64,000 nt of DNA from Bacillota bacterium (lineage in GTDB: Bacteria > Bacillota > Ch66 > Ch109): assembly GCA_050952625.1 (NCBI GenBank), contig JBMNLH010000001.1:1568001-1632000 (forward strand), given 5' to 3'. The position numbers and the translations under genes are program-made. A model generated the notes under the pieces. The model searched no databases and was not told where the DNA came from. It saw only the letters and a list, made by a program, of their open reading frames with translations. Numbering within the stretch: the stretch's first letter is position 1; each line of letters starts with the position of its first letter. Below are positions 9,134 through 17,681 of this stretch, piece after piece.

Positions 9134-9594
9134 AATCATTGATGAAACAAATCACCCAGTACAAAAATCTATTTCTGGATACTAATGCCATCATCTATTT
9201 TTTAGACGATGTGCCCGGTTATGCAGATTTGATGGAACTAATTCTAAACTTGGCCGAACAAGGCCAAATGAGCATTAATCTATCCGTGATCTCCGAAGCC
9301 GAACTCCTGGTTAAACCTTATCGCGAAGGTCTTCTGGAAACCGTCAAGGCCATAAAGTTCTGGATTGAAGAATTTCCGAATCTACAAGTTATTCCGGTCT
9401 CTCGAGAAATTGCGCACAAAGCAGCGGATCTGCGTGGCAAACTGAGATTAAGGCCACCAGATGCATTAGTATTGGCTACGGCAATTAATAGCAATAGTGA
9501 GGTTATTGTCGGTAACGATTTCGAAATGCTACGAAAAGCCGCTGCATACCTGCCAGGGATTATTTTACAGAATTACGTTCCTAATGCCCAATAA
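9121..9594 (+). CDS. vapC: PIN-domain (VapC-family) toxin
   Basis: FLDTNAIIY, SEAELL, PDALVLATA, GND acidic quartet. Confidence 0.85.
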   Translation: MAQLESLMKQITQYKNLFLDTNAIIYFLDDVPGYADLMELILNLAEQGQMSINLSVISEAELLVKPYREGLLETVKAIKFWIEEFPNLQVIPVSREIAHKAADLRGKLRLRPPDALVLATAINSNSEVIVGNDFEMLRKAAAYLPGIILQNYVPNAQ

Positions 9595-9695
9595 AACAAA
9601 GACTTCACTTTTATTGGAATAATTATTATACAATGCCACCGGTAACTACAGGCTTTTATGGTGGTATCAAGTAAGACCTCTGGAGGGTTTATCTT

Positions 9696-10208
9696 ATGGA
9701 TCAACCGGTACCGGATTATTTGCGCCAAGATTTAAAGATCGTCTTTGTTGGTTATAATCCCAGTCTAATTTCCGGTGAAACCGGACATCACTTCGCCAAC
9801 GCCACCAACCGATTTTGGAAAGTGCTTTTTCTGGCTGGTCTTACGCCCCGAGTGTATCAACCTCATGAAGATGGCTGCCTGTTGGAACTTGGTTATGGCC
9901 TGACGAATATTGTTGCCCGTCCTACCCGGTCGGCGGCTGAAATCACCTGTCAAGAATACCGCGAGGGACAAATACAGCTTCAAAATAAGCTAAGCTATTA
10001 TCGACCCAGAATTGTTTGCTTCGTCGGCAAAGGTGTTTACCTGGAGTACAGCGGGTTGCGGAAGGCAGAATGGGGAATCCAAGACAAACAAATAGTCGAA
10101 GGAGTAACAGATTTTGTAGCTCCTTCGACCAGCGGCCTGGTCCGCATGAGGCTGGAAGAATTGGTTGAAATATATGGATTGTTGGCAGAGATATCCCGAA
10201 AAGATTAA
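9696..10208 (+). CDS. mug: Mismatch-specific G/U DNA glycosylase (UDG family 2)
   Basis: VGYNPS, HHFANATNRFWKVL, GLTNIV, PSTSG. Confidence 0.9.
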   Translation: MDQPVPDYLRQDLKIVFVGYNPSLISGETGHHFANATNRFWKVLFLAGLTPRVYQPHEDGCLLELGYGLTNIVARPTRSAAEITCQEYREGQIQLQNKLSYYRPRIVCFVGKGVYLEYSGLRKAEWGIQDKQIVEGVTDFVAPSTSGLVRMRLEELVEIYGLLAEISRKD

Positions 10209-10465
10209 TTGGCCGGGGGACGGACAGAGGTGTGAACACTTCCTGTCACGTCACTGGTTATAATCACGACCTTTTCGCCGGGTTTGACAATTACCCGCAG
10301 CCGGGGCGTGCCGATAGGATGTTCCACTGCGTAAACCACTTCTGCCACTTCCGCCACTTCCGGCCGTCCGGGCAGCATCGGATTTACGCTTAATACTTTG
10401 AGCAAATTATTATCGTTTATCGCAAACTCCTAGCAATCACGCCCATAGCCGAACTTCACCTGCAT
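10205..10465 (-). pseudogene. larA: Lactate racemase LarA N-terminal remnant
   Basis: MQVKFGYG...(in-frame TAG)...HPIGTPRL...VKPGEKVVIITSDVT, then truncated. Confidence 0.7.
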
Positions 10466-10482
10466 GGTAAATGCCTTGGTGT

Positions 10483-10647
10483 TCACTTGCCCTTTTTTTT
10501 ATAAGCCACAGTGCAGATTAAGGCCATGAGCATTAGGATAACCGTCGGCCCAGGGTTGCCTCCGGTAGTAACGCCACGAGCAGCGAACCCGAGTGAGGCA
10601 GCAGCAAAGATCAGTGCTAGTATTCTCAGGACATTTCTATTAAACAT
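10483..10647 (-). CDS. Small two-TM hypothetical membrane protein
   Basis: 54 aa, two hydrophobic segments, basic tail; AGGGGG RBS abuts the IS right end. Confidence 0.5.
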   Translation of the reverse strand: MFNRNVLRILALIFAAASLGFAARGVTTGGNPGPTVILMLMALICTVAYKKKGK

Positions 10648-10699
10648 TTTGAAACCCCCTCTGAACCTCCCCATGGCTAAAGTTATCTATACTCTTAAC

Positions 10700-10728
10700 G
10701 AGAGAGCCTGTTAAAATAAGGCTCTCTC
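10700..10728. terminator. Hairpin downstream of tnpC
   Basis: Perfect 10-bp inverted repeat GAGAGAGCCT...AGGCTCTCTC; weak U-tract. Confidence 0.5.
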
Positions 10729-10786
10729 ATTCTTTATATATTCACAACGTATATTTTGTTTCCTTATAAGAGGCAACAACTCAATC

Positions 10787-11176
10787 TTACTCCAGCGATT
10801 CGTAAAGTTTTCCCCGCAGTATTTTCAGTTCCTCTTTCAACCGCTTGTTTTCGGCCTCCAGTTCCTTGATTCGCTTGTTTTTCGCGGCAATAATGATGTC
10901 CTTGCTGGCATCGGTCATTTCCCGTTTTATCTGCTTCGGAGAAGGAGCGGCCGCCTGCTGCTTACGGAGGTTCTCGATGCGCTCCTTGAGCTCCTGGTGG
11001 GTGTAAAGATAGGACTTGCTCACCCCAGCCTTCAGAGAAACACTGTTGAAGTTGATTTTCTCCCCGGCTTTAATCAGCTTTTGGATTGCCTCGTCAACCT
11101 TTTTTACGGTTTCCTCGCTCTTACGCCTGGCGTGTTTTTTTATTCCTTCCGTGTTACGCTGGTGTTTGACGGACAT
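10787..11176 (-). CDS. tnpC: Tn554-family TnpC (DUF6262-like)
   Basis: AIQKLIKAGEKINFNSVS..AGVSKSYLY HTH plus C-terminal coiled coil; third gene of the trio. Confidence 0.85.
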   Translation of the reverse strand: MSVKHQRNTEGIKKHARRKSEETVKKVDEAIQKLIKAGEKINFNSVSLKAGVSKSYLYTHQELKERIENLRKQQAAAPSPKQIKREMTDASKDIIIAAKNKRIKELEAENKRLKEELKILRGKLYESLE

Positions 11177-13121
11177 TTAAACGTTCCTCCCCCACGTACT
11201 CCCGTCCCTTCTTGCCTGCCAGGTGACGGGTATGGCCATCTTTTAGAACGGCCAGAATCGCTTCGTAACGTTCCAGAAGGGCCTCGTTTTTCTCTACCCA
11301 GATGGTCCGGCCCTGGGCTTTGCCGCGCTCGATGACAGCCTTTACCTCCCTGATTTCCGCCTCAAACTGCGGGATAAAATCAGGGGTGGTGCACAAATTG
11401 CGGCAGGTCAGGCAGGGGTTCAACTGGTGCTTGCACTCCACTTTATTGGGCTTGAGGCAATAACCCAAAGGCGTCCTCACGGCGTCCAGGTTATAGCGGA
11501 TATACTCCCATTCAATTAGGTTTTCGTTCTCGATTTCGGAAGGGGCAATCTTCACAGGCTTACCCGTGGGGTCAATCCGGAAAAGGCCGTTCTTAGTAGC
11601 TTCCTTCCAAGACTTCCGCATGGTGGTATCGAGAATCTTGGCGTAGCGCAGGGTCATTTCCGGGGAAGCGTGAGCCATCCACTTTTGGACATGAAGAATA
11701 TTCATCCCGTTGTTAATTAATTCAACGCCTTTGGTGTGGCGAAAAGCGTGGTTGCGAAAATGGAATAACCGACCCTGATCGTCTACGATGTTGCATTTCT
11801 TGGCCAAGCGGTTGAGAGCTTCTCTAATTACCGCCCCTTCTGGTGGCCGGCCCTTGCGTTTTCCATTCAGACGGACAAACAGTAATTTATTAGGGTTGTT
11901 TTCCGGCGTGCTTTTTTCTTTCACATCATCAACTACGGCTTGAACTACCGCAGCCACCTCATCGGTAATAGGGACACGGTGATTTAATACTTGGGTTTTA
12001 AGAATATCGCCACAGAGCCACCAACCCTGAGCAGTACGATCCAGACATTTATCATAACGTAGATTCAGGATGTCAGATATGCGCCAACCTGTAGCACGGA
12101 GCAAAATAACGACGGGGATATACTCCGGTGGTGCCAACTGTTCTAAATTATCTTCTAATTGTTTCAGGACCCCTTCAGAAATAAATTTAATATCTTCTTC
12201 TGACCGCTTGGCTAACTTTGGAAAATCTTCCTTGAACAACAGTGAAGAGTGTGGTTTTTCTGGCGCCTCAGGATACTCGGCCCGCTGGATATGATCAAAA
12301 AAAACCCGCAGGCTAATTAGGCATTCACGATGTTGTTTTTGCCAGTCTTTTGTGTATGACCGGTACCACACTAAGTAATTCTCTATATCCTTTCGGGATA
12401 AACTCTTTAGATCTTGCCAATGAGGATATTGCTCATGAATAAAACGCAGGAACAAACGTATGGCCATTAAATCTGTTGCACATTGGGCATATGACCGGAC
12501 ACCTACACGCGCCTTTAGGTACCTTTTAGCCAGAGTTCGGAAGGGAATGGGAATGTTTTCGAAAGAAAGAAGGTAATCGGCCCTATTTTGAGTATATTTC
12601 GCTCCCGATATTTTTCGCATATCCCAAACGTCTTTTACAAATTCTTCCCGGTCGTCGTAGAAGTTGACTATAAACTCATATACCTGTCGTACTAAAGTTT
12701 CATAAGTATGACTGGACAAACGGCTTTTATTAACTGAAAATCCTTGGTCAATCAGATAAGAACGCCACCTAATCATAGCCTTTTCTCTTTCTAGCTCTGC
12801 AAAACTTCTGATCCCGGGGTAAGCTTGTACTAGAAAAGTGGCTAGGCGGTTAAGATGACTTCCATAGCTAGTAGCTGTTTGTAGCTGTAGGGTATGTTCT
12901 TGAAGGCGGCGAACTAAAAAAAACTTAATTTCCTCCTTGATACCTGGTTGTAAACGGGAAAAGTCAATAGTTTTACTGGTTGATGTCGATTTTTTAGTCC
13001 GAAACTCATCAAAAATGTGGTCGGTAATATCCCATTGATCATTTTCCCAGTAACCTTTTAGGGTTTCCTTAATCTCCTGCCATTTTGCCGGTGTCGGGAC
13101 CGTTCTGTAAACTGTGATCAC
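11154..13121 (-). CDS. tnpB: Tn554-family TnpB tyrosine recombinase
   Basis: GWRISD, HAFRH, AHASPEMTLRYA; C-terminal Cys cluster GYC...C...CLTCRNLC. Confidence 0.9.
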   Translation of the reverse strand: MITVYRTVPTPAKWQEIKETLKGYWENDQWDITDHIFDEFRTKKSTSTSKTIDFSRLQPGIKEEIKFFLVRRLQEHTLQLQTATSYGSHLNRLATFLVQAYPGIRSFAELEREKAMIRWRSYLIDQGFSVNKSRLSSHTYETLVRQVYEFIVNFYDDREEFVKDVWDMRKISGAKYTQNRADYLLSFENIPIPFRTLAKRYLKARVGVRSYAQCATDLMAIRLFLRFIHEQYPHWQDLKSLSRKDIENYLVWYRSYTKDWQKQHRECLISLRVFFDHIQRAEYPEAPEKPHSSLLFKEDFPKLAKRSEEDIKFISEGVLKQLEDNLEQLAPPEYIPVVILLRATGWRISDILNLRYDKCLDRTAQGWWLCGDILKTQVLNHRVPITDEVAAVVQAVVDDVKEKSTPENNPNKLLFVRLNGKRKGRPPEGAVIREALNRLAKKCNIVDDQGRLFHFRNHAFRHTKGVELINNGMNILHVQKWMAHASPEMTLRYAKILDTTMRKSWKEATKNGLFRIDPTGKPVKIAPSEIENENLIEWEYIRYNLDAVRTPLGYCLKPNKVECKHQLNPCLTCRNLCTTPDFIPQFEAEIREVKAVIERGKAQGRTIWVEKNEALLERYEAILAVLKDGHTRHLAGKKGREYVGEERLNVRQTPA

Positions 13122-14248
13122 TGTTCAGAGCCCTCCTTTTGCTGCCGTTTAAAGCGCATTTTTTCCTCTGCCTTCTCCCAGTCCTGGCGCAGGTCTTCGT
13201 CACTCGGGTGCAGGTAAATTTGCATGGTGGTCTGAACATGGGCATGTCCAGCACGTTTTTGCAAGTGTTCCGTTTTCCAACCGGCCCGGCGCAGTTCGGT
13301 TAAGGAACTATGTCGGAGTACATGGGGGCTGACGTTTATCCCTGTTTTGGCCTTTAGCCTGCGGAAAAGAGAAGCAACATCCTGGTATTCCATGGGCCAG
13401 TGCTTGTTTTCCCCAGACAGCTTGATAAAAACATGGTTTGTATCCACTTCATCTGTGTGGTATTCGGCCACGTAATCGAAAAACAGGTTGATTAAATCCG
13501 GGGAAACGTCCACCGTCCGGGGGCTACAGATGGTCTTGATCTCAGCAAGATTAGGGAGTTCGCCCCTGTCTCGGATATGTATTTTTCGGGCATCGGGCTC
13601 AAAGTCTTCCAGCCACAGGGCCAGGGCCTCACCAATGCGCATGGAGCTTTCCCACAAAAGCTGGATTAAAAATTTATCCCGTAAGTTTGAGCAGGCGTCA
13701 ATTAATTTGCCCACCTGCTCTTTGGAAATGGTCTTGGGCCGGGAACGGCGAACCTTAATTTTTAAAATCTTGCCCGGGTACTCCTTGTCCTTGTTGATGT
13801 GGTAGAGGAAGTCCTTAAAGCCTCGTCTGTTCCCAGGGATGGTCTTTTTTAGCCTCTCAGAAAGCTGTACGCTGTAGTCTTCGTGCCGCATGAGGTAGTC
13901 GTAGAAATTGAGGACCGTGGAAATTACGGTGTTCACGGTGGCCGGCCCGCGGGGAGACGTTACGGGTGTCGCCGGGATTACTTTCAGGTTCCCGTAGGGA
14001 TTTTGGAGCCAGCGCATGAAGGCGGCCATTTCGTCGATGCTGATTTTACGGTAATCCAGCCCCTCCTGCTCAAGGAATTCGAAAAAGAGTTTCAAATGCT
14101 GGCAATAGGCGCGGAGGCTGTTCCGGGCAGCCCCACTGTTATCCTTAAACTTGACGAACTGCACAACAGGAAGGACGGGTTCACTATTTGAGTCAACTAA
14201 CATATATCGAGTTTTTCCTTCGGAAGTTGTGATCGTTTCCACCCTCAT
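13118..14248 (-). CDS. tnpA: Tn554-family TnpA tyrosine recombinase
   Basis: SMRIGEAL, HVLRHS, GHAHVQTTMQIY. Confidence 0.9.
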   Translation of the reverse strand: MRVETITTSEGKTRYMLVDSNSEPVLPVVQFVKFKDNSGAARNSLRAYCQHLKLFFEFLEQEGLDYRKISIDEMAAFMRWLQNPYGNLKVIPATPVTSPRGPATVNTVISTVLNFYDYLMRHEDYSVQLSERLKKTIPGNRRGFKDFLYHINKDKEYPGKILKIKVRRSRPKTISKEQVGKLIDACSNLRDKFLIQLLWESSMRIGEALALWLEDFEPDARKIHIRDRGELPNLAEIKTICSPRTVDVSPDLINLFFDYVAEYHTDEVDTNHVFIKLSGENKHWPMEYQDVASLFRRLKAKTGINVSPHVLRHSSLTELRRAGWKTEHLQKRAGHAHVQTTMQIYLHPSDEDLRQDWEKAEEKMRFKRQQKEGSEQ

Positions 14249-14407
14249 TGGGGAATACCACCATCCAAAGCAATGTTTTCTATATTATACTACCAGTACT
14301 ATATTAACAAAATATATTTAAATAGTTTTTTAGGAAGAAAAATAGGGATAAACCCTTTCGTAGAATACCATAAGGTCTATCCCTTGCCTTAGTGCATTTA
14401 ACTAAAG

Positions 14408-14690
14408 CCAGGGGGTTCTAAGACCCCGTGTTGGCTACCATGAGTATTTCCATGTCTGCGTTCCTCTCTCAGCCGGCGAACCTGGGCTGAGCCTTAGAAT
14501 CTCGCTTCATCCAGAAAACTTCTTGCGAACGACCAGCTCTGTCCTTACCTTTTGGTCGAAGGAGCCCTCCAGGTTTCCCTTTCGGTTCTCGCTGGTTCGG
14601 CATCGGGCCACCCGCGTTCGCCAGGACGGTTCCGCCCTGCCCGGTTTGGGTCGGTATAGCCCAGGGTTTGAGCTTTATATCCCCATGCTG
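14408..14690 (-). ncRNA. Predicted TnpB omega-RNA (reRNA) scaffold; 3' hairpin and guide cut off by the Tn554-like insertion
   Basis: GC-rich non-coding stretch between the tnpB stop and the right-end hairpin, the position where IS200/IS605 omega-RNAs are encoded; boundaries approximate. Confidence 0.6.
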
Positions 14691-16123
14691 GTGGGTTTAT
14701 AGTAGTTGGCCGCTTTAAGGTTTTTGATCGTTTGCGTTAACATCGGTTCGTATTTCGGCCAGTCGGTTTGGGCTTTTTTCAAATCAACCTGCCATTTCCC
14801 GGTTTTATCTTGATCCACATACCGGGCTAGATAGGCGGAATAAAGGTCTCTTTGCGCTTTAACGCCACATTCACATTGGTGCCATCGTTTAGCCAGGGTT
14901 TTCTTTTCTTTTTTCCCGCATTGACAGGTTTGGGATAGGCTGGTTGGGCCAGCGGGGAATTCTATTACTTCTCCAGTCCGTTCAGTCTTTTGCTTTAACC
15001 GGGCGACGAATGTCCCCGGCCCTCGAAAGTTAACTGTTTTGCCAAAGTTTTTCTGGAATGACTTGTATGATAGAGCTTCCAGATAAATTCGGTTACCAGT
15101 TCGCAAGATTTCGTTAATCATCTTTCCATGCAGGGATTTTCGATATTCGGCTTGTTTGCGGTGAATTTCCGCGTGCTGGTTTTGAGTTTTTAAGTAGCGT
15201 TTGGATTTACGCCATTTCAGGTGGCCTTTTTTGATTGTCCCGTCTGGGTTATAGTTGTCCGGGTTATTCGCCCTTCTTTGCCGGTCCAGTTTGCGTTGCA
15301 GTTGTTTGATTTCTTTTTGCTGGCTTTCCAGCTCTGGGCAGAAGGGGCTTAAATTGGCTTCTGTTTCGCTTATCCTGGCAATAGTGGAAGGTCCGATGTC
15401 TAACCCCACAATCCCTTCTCGAATCTGATTTTGGGGTTTCTGATAAGGGGTGCCTTCACAGATTAGTTGGACGAAAAACCGAATTTTGCCGCCGATGATT
15501 CGTTTAACTATTCGAACGTATTTTACTCGACTATCTAGACCATGTTTTATTACCGGGTCATTAGAGTTAATTAGCGGCTTAAGCTCTAATCCATTCCATA
15601 TCACCCGATTATTTCGCCAGCGGATACCGGTTGAATTTGATTTGCCTTCAATACTGTTCAATTCTCCGTAGCGTTTAAATCTAACTCGCTCCGCTTCACC
15701 AGTTAGAGTTTTTTCGACTGCTTGATAAGCTCGGGAGGCTATCTTTTGAGCAGCTTGCGAATCCAGGTGTTCACCAATCCAGGAATTCCGAATTCGAGTG
15801 GCGTATCCGTGAAGGGCGTATTCAGAAAATCTGTATTTTTTTCTGGCTTCTTTAAAAACAGCTGACCGGGCGGCTTTTTCTGATTCGGTGTTACCAGGCA
15901 TAGTTTTGGCCTGACGATATAGTCTGGATCTAATCATCTGTTCTTTTCTTTTTAAGGCTTCCCCTAAACAGGCATTGTATAGTTGTCGGCCAGCTTCCAT
16001 TCGGGATAATATTGTCTTTTTCTGATGGGTATTTACTACTAAAGGCATTTCAATAATGAATGAAGGAGTTTTTGACTTGCCTGTTTTTTGTTTGCGTTTC
16101 TTGGCAATCAGGATCACCTCCAA
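14675..16123 (-). CDS. tnpB: IS200/IS605 TnpB RNA-guided endonuclease
   Basis: RuvC-I VGLDIG, RuvC-II IYLEAL, Zn-finger SQTCQCG...CECG, RuvC-III QRDLYSA; exact start uncertain. Confidence 0.9.
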   Translation of the reverse strand: MEVILIAKKRKQKTGKSKTPSFIIEMPLVVNTHQKKTILSRMEAGRQLYNACLGEALKRKEQMIRSRLYRQAKTMPGNTESEKAARSAVFKEARKKYRFSEYALHGYATRIRNSWIGEHLDSQAAQKIASRAYQAVEKTLTGEAERVRFKRYGELNSIEGKSNSTGIRWRNNRVIWNGLELKPLINSNDPVIKHGLDSRVKYVRIVKRIIGGKIRFFVQLICEGTPYQKPQNQIREGIVGLDIGPSTIARISETEANLSPFCPELESQQKEIKQLQRKLDRQRRANNPDNYNPDGTIKKGHLKWRKSKRYLKTQNQHAEIHRKQAEYRKSLHGKMINEILRTGNRIYLEALSYKSFQKNFGKTVNFRGPGTFVARLKQKTERTGEVIEFPAGPTSLSQTCQCGKKEKKTLAKRWHQCECGVKAQRDLYSAYLARYVDQDKTGKWQVDLKKAQTDWPKYEPMLTQTIKNLKAANYYKPTSMGI

Positions 16124-16128
16124 ACTGA

Positions 16129-16520
16129 TTAAACGTGTTTCTGGTTTTCAATGTATTGCTTAATAATCTCCAGGGGTGCTCCGCCTACGGTGGCGACGAA
16201 ATAACTATTAGTCCAAAGAGTCGGCATTCTTGTTTTTAGGTGCGGAAATTCGGTCCGCAAAATCCTTGAGGTTCGGCCTTTTATCTGCTTAATTAGGCGA
16301 TGAATGTCAAATTGAGGATCAATCCCGACCAGCAGGTGAACATGATCCGGCATAACCTCTAACTCAATTATTTCTGCCTGATACTCCTTGGCGGTTTGAT
16401 AGATTAATTCTTTTAACCGAACATCTACGTATAAACCAATACCTTACGTCGATATTTCGGGCACCAGACAACATGATATTTGCAGGAATATACGACATTA
16501 TGATTTGATTTAAAGCTCAT
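16129..16520 (-). pseudogene. tnpA: IS200-family Y1 HUH transposase TnpA with a 1-nt frameshift near 16430
   Basis: YSCKYHVVWCPKYRRKVL, then in a shifted frame MPDHVHLL...LWTNSYF...YIENQ; span 392 nt; may be a sequencing error. Confidence 0.85.
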
Positions 16521-16640
16521 AAACTAATTATACAGCATATTTCCAAGATAATTATATATACCAAAAAATTGCGGCCTAATGGCCGCCGTGCCTTATATCC
16601 CCATGCCTAAAGGCAGGGGCTTTACGGCACGTTTCGGTAA

Positions 16641-16738
16641 ACACATCTTCCCCGTTACTGGCGATAGCCCTCGTTCCTTAAATAAATAGTGATCGCCTCT
16701 AATATTTCCTTGTCGTCATCACAAATAAGGATATTCAA
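16641..16738 (-). pseudogene. OmpR-family response regulator N-terminal remnant
   Basis: TTG start with RBS; NILICDDDKEILEAITIYLRNEGY, then broken just before the IS target TTAC. Confidence 0.65.
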
Positions 16739-16840
16739 AGCCCATCCCCCTATTCAAAATCCGTACCCGCGACATTTTGCTTTGCCCAAATCATATCACA
16801 CCCCTCTGCTTTTTACTGTAGGGTAATGGTAGCAGACAAA

Positions 16841-16899
16841 TCTTAAGAACCGCCGGGGTAATTCTTAAGATCTTCTTAAGATAAAAGAAAATCTTAAGA
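16841..16899. promoter_or_regulatory. TCTTAAGA repeats, probable response-regulator binding sites
   Basis: Four copies at 16841, 16863, 16874, 16892 (spacings 22/11/18); similar TCTTAAAA pair with 11-bp period at 47433/47444. Confidence 0.55.
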
Positions 16900-17020
16900 C
16901 GAAAAGAGAAGGATTAAACTCAACGGGTCACCGGCCATTTTTTCATGCATATCGCCCTAGAAAACTTGTTTCAAATCGCCCCAGAAAAGCGGAAAAGCCT
17001 GCTAATTGCAGGCTTATTCT

Positions 17021-17190
17021 ATTTGTACTAAGTTTTCCGTTGTACTAGTTTTTCGCTTTGCATTATTTCTCCGTTTGTACTAAGTCTCCATTTGATTAAG
17101 TTTTCTAACTAAATTTTCTATTTATATTTGTTTTCCACTTGTATCAAAACAAAACTTTCCATTTATACTAAGTTTTATACTAAGTTGTTA
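17021..17190. repeat. Degenerate AT-rich tandem repeats (TTGTACTAAGTTTT-like)
   Basis: At least six imperfect units, e.g. TTTGTACTAAGTTTT, TTGTACTAGTTTTT, TTTGTACTAAGTCT, TTATACTAAGTT twice. Confidence 0.55.
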
Positions 17191-17416
17191 TTTGATCGGC
17201 TATTCTAAGACAAAAGGATACTTAAAAAAAGTTGCAAAATGCACAACCCCCGGTCAATCTTCCAACGATTACCGTGTGGGGTTGTGCATTTTTATCAAGG
17301 GGGGGATCACCGGGAGAGTCTTGAAAATCCTCTGTATTCCCTCTATAGTCCCCGGTATTGCCAATTTGTCTTGACCGGCAGCTTGACCACTTTTTCAATG
17401 ATTACCTCGTTATCGG

Positions 17417-17656
17417 CTATGACCCGTTGCAGAACGTGCCAAAAACTTTTCCGCCCTGTTTCTGGTGTTCAATCAACTCTGCCGGGCGCACTCCATGAAT
17501 TTCAGACACAACGAAATCATAGAAGCCCATACCTTCGGGCCGGTTTGGCTGGGAAAGGAATATCCCCTCAAAAGCTTCCGGCAGAACCTCGCATAAAAGA
17601 TCATGTTTTTCTAAGTCCATCCCCAGATCGGTCCACATCTGACGGTAATCAGCCAC
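17417..17656 (-). pseudogene. Double-cubane cluster reductase / 2-hydroxyacyl-CoA dehydratase-family N-terminal fragment
   Basis: MWTDLGMDLEKHD...NRPEGMGFYDFVVSEIHG...GKVFGTFC, then abrupt truncation. Confidence 0.75.
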
Positions 17657-17681
17657 TATAAATCCCCCTTTTTGTTATTAT

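Larger units (their letters stand above)
10677..14407 (-). mobile_element. Tn554-family tyrosine-recombinase transposon, no cargo genes
   Basis: tnpA-tnpB-tnpC trio; identical CTAAAG hexamer at both junctions (10677-10682, 14402-14407); imperfect terminal inverted repeat AGTTATCTATACT / AGTGCATTTAACT. Confidence 0.9.
10661..16636 (-). mobile_element. IS200/IS605-family element (tnpA + tnpB), about 2.25 kb, interrupted in its right end by a Tn554-like element
   Basis: Left end TTAC|CGAAACGTGCCGT-AAAG-CCCCTGCCTTTAGGCATGGGG (IS608-like). Right end reconstitutes as GAAC-CCCCTGGCTTTAGCCATGGGG-AGGTTCAG| from 14402-14418 joined to 10661-10676. Confidence 0.9.

Noticed and set aside
10677-16636. RNA-guided Tn554-like transposon carrying TnpB nuclease as cargo (CAST-like)
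   Set aside because: The junctions show the reverse nesting: the recombinase element lies inside the IS right end, and IS tnpB is outside its boundaries. The two 'TnpB' proteins are unrelated and only share a name.
17021-17190. CRISPR array
   Set aside because: Units are short, degenerate and irregular, with no unique ~30-40 nt spacers and no cas genes in the window.
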